DNA of 64,000 nt, taken from contig OZ220744.1 in the NCBI GenBank assembly GCA_965116925.1, forward strand, positions 5,920,001 through 5,984,000, read 5' to 3'. Of the stretch, positions 60,661 through 64,000 are shown piece by piece. Every line of letters begins with the position of its first letter. The first letter of the stretch is position 1. The notes under the pieces were generated by a model that made no database searches, was not told where the DNA came from, and was given only the letters and a program-made list of their open reading frames with translations. Origin of the DNA: Candidatus Poribacteria bacterium (lineage in GTDB: Bacteria > Poribacteria > WGA-4E > PCPOR2b). The position numbers and the translations under genes were made by a program.

Positions 60661-60786
60661 CTTGAAGCGGCATTGTGATCCTGCTCTATCGGTAGGATGT
60701 TGAAGGTGCAAAACTCAAAGAGAAACCGAGTTTTTTCGGAAAAACTCGGTTTCTGTTACACAATTTCTTCACATAAGCCAAGACAT

Positions 60787-61746
60787 TTACCCTGCGTTAA
60801 GAACTTCCCGTATACCTGCAACGATGTTGTCCCGATCCGGGAATACGTGGTCTTCGAGCCCGGGACTATACGGTATCGGTACATGCAGTGCACAGACGCG
60901 CTTGGGCGGTGCTTTCAGTTTTGCAAAGGTCTCGCTATCCTCAGTGACTACGGTTATAATCTCTGCTGACGCGCCTGCGGTGGGACCTGCCTCGTCGGCG
61001 ATGACCAGTCTGCCTGTTTTCTGCACGGAAGCGCGAATTGCTGCCTCATCCAGAGGTACGAGAGAGCGTGGATCGATAACCTCGACGGAAACGCCCTCTT
61101 TTTCAAGCGTTTCGGCTGCGGCAAGCCCTTCGTGCACGAGCCAAGCCAGTGCCACCAATGTTACATCGCTACCCTCCCGTTTAACGTCGGCGACCCCTAG
61201 TGGCACCGTGTAATCTTCTTCAGGCACCTCGCCCTCAACGCCCATGAGCCTGTTCGATTCAAACGAGATAACGGGATTGTCGTCACGGATGGCGGATTTG
61301 AGTAGCCCCTTCATATCGTAGGGGGTTGACGGTAATATCATCTTCAATCCTGCTAGGTTCATAAACATTGAATAAGGACTTTGGGAGTGTTGGGCGGCGA
61401 CCCGTCTGCCACCTCCGACCGAAGCGCGAAATGTGATAGGAAACTTCGCTTGGCCCCCAAACATGTAGTGAATTTTCGCCGCCTGATTCACGATCTGATC
61501 CATGGCGACGAAGGAAAAGGTTATCATGCCCCAGTTGATGATCGGTCGATAACCTGACCCCGCTGCGCCGATGGCGATACCTGTAAAAGCACCCTCGGCG
61601 ATTGGGGTAGCACGCACCCGTTCGGAGCCGAATTCATTGACCAGTTCGTCTGCAGCACTAGTTGCGAGGTGAAATGTGGTTGAATCTCGCTGCATCTCCT
61701 CGATGAGTGCATCTGTTCCGGCTTGTGCATAAGATATTTTTGGCAT
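60787..61746 (-). CDS. 2-oxoacid/acetoin dehydrogenase E1 beta
   Basis: TPIAE, DQIVNQAAK, AAQHSQ, EVIDPRSLVPLD. Confidence 0.93.
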   Translation of the reverse strand: MPKISYAQAGTDALIEEMQRDSTTFHLATSAADELVNEFGSERVRATPIAEGAFTGIAIGAAGSGYRPIINWGMITFSFVAMDQIVNQAAKIHYMFGGQAKFPITFRASVGGGRRVAAQHSQSPYSMFMNLAGLKMILPSTPYDMKGLLKSAIRDDNPVISFESNRLMGVEGEVPEEDYTVPLGVADVKREGSDVTLVALAWLVHEGLAAAETLEKEGVSVEVIDPRSLVPLDEAAIRASVQKTGRLVIADEAGPTAGASAEIITVVTEDSETFAKLKAPPKRVCALHVPIPYSPGLEDHVFPDRDNIVAGIREVLNAG

Positions 61747-61788
61747 AATAGGTTGCCCCCATAATTTTCGATTGGGAGTGAAAAGATT

Positions 61789-62223
61789 TCAGGGAAGAAA
61801 ACGACTTTCCTCGTCGGGAGTTGGGATTCGACAGGCATCTCTCCGTCCGAACCATCGGTATCGATTTCGAGCGACGGTTCGATAAACGAAATCCCGAACA
61901 CTTCGTGGGACAAGGCGCAGCAGGCTCAAGAGCCACCATACCCCTCCCAAACGGCGATATACCTCCAGAAAAGCATCTGATTCCTCGCGAATTCCCCGCT
62001 CGTCTAAATAGAACATAGACCACTCTTGAGGTGCCTCGGAGAGCGGTGGTAACATCTGCTTGGCGGTTTCCCCTTGAATTGGCGCGAACCTGAAAACCCC
62101 TTTATTGTCAATCCTCAGGATCAGATCCACAAATCGGTTGCACATACCGCATACACCGTCAAAGAAGATGATAGGTGGTTTCTGTGCAATACCCCTTATT
62201 ATCTTATCTGTTTCTGAATTCAT
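61789..62223 (-). CDS. DCC1/DUF393 thiol-disulfide oxidoreductase
   Basis: FDGVCGMC, FAPIQG, ARNRYRWFG...C. Confidence 0.93.
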   Translation of the reverse strand: MNSETDKIIRGIAQKPPIIFFDGVCGMCNRFVDLILRIDNKGVFRFAPIQGETAKQMLPPLSEAPQEWSMFYLDERGIREESDAFLEVYRRLGGVWWLLSLLRLVPRSVRDFVYRTVARNRYRWFGRRDACRIPTPDEESRFLP

Positions 62224-62235
62224 GGTGGAAATGAG

Positions 62236-63204
62236 TTAGGACTCAGCAAAAATGTCTTCGACCGCCGCTTCCGGTTTCGGAAATGGGCTTTCCTCGGAAA
62301 ATTTGACCGCGTCCTCAATTGCCTTGAGGATTTCAGCGTCCATTTCTTGCCACGCTTCTTTAGTCAGAATTCCTTGATTCATCAGATTCGCCGCAAAGCG
62401 GCCGATTGGGTCTCGCTGTCGCCACTCTTCGATCTCTTCCTTCGGACGTGGGTCCTCTTGCCCCGGTCTTTCGGTATGTCCGCGCCAGCGATAGGTCTTG
62501 CATTCGATGAGGGTGGGACCTTGACCTGCACGCGCACGGTTGACAGCGGCTTCGGCGGCTTCATAGACAGCCATCACATCGTTGCCATCGACAACTACCC
62601 CCGGAATACCGTAGCCGGCGGCACGGGCTGCCACATCGCTGAGAGCCAAGGTGTCTGCTGCGATGGTGCCGGCGGAATAGAGATTGTTCTCACAGACGTA
62701 GAGCATCGGTAGCTTCCACGTTGCGGCGATGTTGATGGACTCGTGGAAGGGACCTGCGTTTGAGGCACCGTCCCCAAAGAAAGAAACGGCGACTCGTCCC
62801 TTGCCTTCGAGTTGGGCAGCGAGTCCGGCACCGGTTACGATGGGAATACCACCTGCGACAATGCCATTGGCTCCCAACATACCGATGCTGAAATCGGCGA
62901 TGTGCATAGAGCCACCTTTGCCTTTGCAGTAGCCGGTTTGTCTGCCGTAAAGTTCAGCCATCATCCGATTCAGATCTGCACCCTTGGCGAGACAATGCCC
63001 ATGACCGCGGTGGGTGCTGATGATTTGGTCATCCGCATTCAAAGCTGCACACACACCGACGGCGACCGCTTCCTCACCGATGTAGCAGTGCACGACGCCA
63101 TAGATGGCACCCGCCTGATAATCATCTGATGCCCGTTCCTCGAAGCGACGGATGGTCTGCATCGAGCGTAACATCTCAATCTGTTTCTCTGTTGTGAGCG
63201 TCAT
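62236..63204 (-). CDS. 2-oxoacid/acetoin dehydrogenase E1 alpha
   Basis: HRGHGH, GKGGSMH, FFGDGA..ENN, TYRWRGH. Confidence 0.95.
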   Translation of the reverse strand: MTLTTEKQIEMLRSMQTIRRFEERASDDYQAGAIYGVVHCYIGEEAVAVGVCAALNADDQIISTHRGHGHCLAKGADLNRMMAELYGRQTGYCKGKGGSMHIADFSIGMLGANGIVAGGIPIVTGAGLAAQLEGKGRVAVSFFGDGASNAGPFHESINIAATWKLPMLYVCENNLYSAGTIAADTLALSDVAARAAGYGIPGVVVDGNDVMAVYEAAEAAVNRARAGQGPTLIECKTYRWRGHTERPGQEDPRPKEEIEEWRQRDPIGRFAANLMNQGILTKEAWQEMDAEILKAIEDAVKFSEESPFPKPEAAVEDIFAES

Positions 63205-63237
63205 GTTTGTTTCCTCCCGAAAATCTCACCTATCGCT

Positions 63238-63780
63238 TCAAGTTTCAGCCCTTGCCCGTCGAAACAGCACTGTGCGGGCTAACACAAGGACAGCAATCGC
63301 GAGCGCAACGACAGGACCGAACCAAGCACTTTCTTTTGGCACGGTCAATATAAAAATATAAATAAATCCGAGCAGATACCACAGCCTATCCAACCTTCCT
63401 TGCACCAACCGAGCTGCAAGGTACGCACAAGCAAGCGTAGTAAACGCAATCCATATCCATGAAAATAGCCACGGTGTCCATCCATAGAAAGGGAGGCTAA
63501 TGAGCGCGTAACCTGTCCACCCTGTTGGAAATAGATCAAAGGCGTGGTGGACGGCAAAACCGATGCTAACACCCATCGCAAACGCATATAATCCGAAGCC
63601 AATCCTCAACGCCAGCAACAATAGTATGAGGGGAATCAACGGGCTGTGCGTGACGATGGAGCGGTGAAGTAGCAAATTGATGTGTTGGTCGATATCTGGC
63701 ATGCCGATGCCGCAGTGTAGTCCCACTAGGACGAATACCGGGGCTATCAGAGTAACGAAGAATCTGCCCATCGCCTGCAT
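63238..63780 (-). CDS. Inner-membrane metal-dependent hydrolase-like protein (YdjM-like)
   Basis: PDID, HRSIVTHS, HHAFD, hydrophobic. Confidence 0.7.
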   Translation of the reverse strand: MQAMGRFFVTLIAPVFVLVGLHCGIGMPDIDQHINLLLHRSIVTHSPLIPLILLLLALRIGFGLYAFAMGVSIGFAVHHAFDLFPTGWTGYALISLPFYGWTPWLFSWIWIAFTTLACAYLAARLVQGRLDRLWYLLGFIYIFILTVPKESAWFGPVVALAIAVLVLARTVLFRRARAET

Positions 63781-63794
63781 GTTTAGCTCTCCTA

Positions 63795-64000
63795 CTATGC
63801 GGGTCTATCGCCCTTTTGTACTGGTGCGGTTCGACTATCAACGCCGGGCAACATTTTTGCTGGATCGCGGGTCACAATCACGTCAATGATGGTAGGTATA
63901 TCACGCGCAGCGATGCCTTCGGCAAACGCTGCGCCTAGCTTAGATGGCTCCGATACACGAATACTGTGGCACCCAAGTTCGCGAGCTACATTTGCATAAT
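63795..64000 (-). CDS. C-terminus of a ThDP-binding (acetolactate synthase-like) protein
   Basis: Manual translation YANVARELGCHSIRVSEPSKLGAAFAEGIAARDIPTIIDVIVTRDP. Confidence 0.8.
   Translation of the reverse strand, partial: YANVARELGCHSIRVSEPSKLGAAFAEGIAARDIPTIIDVIVTRDPAKMLPGVDSRTAPVQKGDRPA

Noticed and set aside
1..64000. tRNA/rRNA, integrase, retron or DGR components
   Set aside because: No such motifs recognised in the sequence or ORF track

Overview
Chromosomal window of a moderately GC-rich bacterium. The C-terminal NYPNPFNPETWIP module on a secreted esterase, the many lipoproteins and the dense REP/MITE content suggest Ca. Poribacteria (inference only). Left to right: (1) Zur-controlled zinc locus (zur, metal SBP, two COG0523 GTPases); (2) a 3.4-9.4 kb accessory patch with an IsrB-type remnant, two HExxH proteins that share a near-identical N-terminal leader, three related lipoproteins, a duplicated 225-bp promoter plus structured-RNA element and an IS701 fragment; (3) TetR/FG-GAP/membrane protein genes and metabolic genes; (4) a type I-B CRISPR-Cas locus on the minus strand (WYL-cas6-cas8-cas7-cas5-cas3-cas1-cas2-cas4, 60 repeats/59 spacers counted by hand), interrupted by a REP-flanked RAYT gene between cas1 and cas2 and by two orphan antitoxin-like genes; (5) catabolic genes, two amt genes behind a sigma54 promoter, a complete TnpB-only IS200/IS605 element and a divergent E1 alpha/beta pair. 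The best candidates for something undescribed are the 4-9 kb leader/zincin/lipoprotein cassette with its covarying RNA hairpin, the RAYT inside the cas adaptation module, and MITE shells that carry REP hairpins. All calls come from motif recognition by eye; no searches were run.
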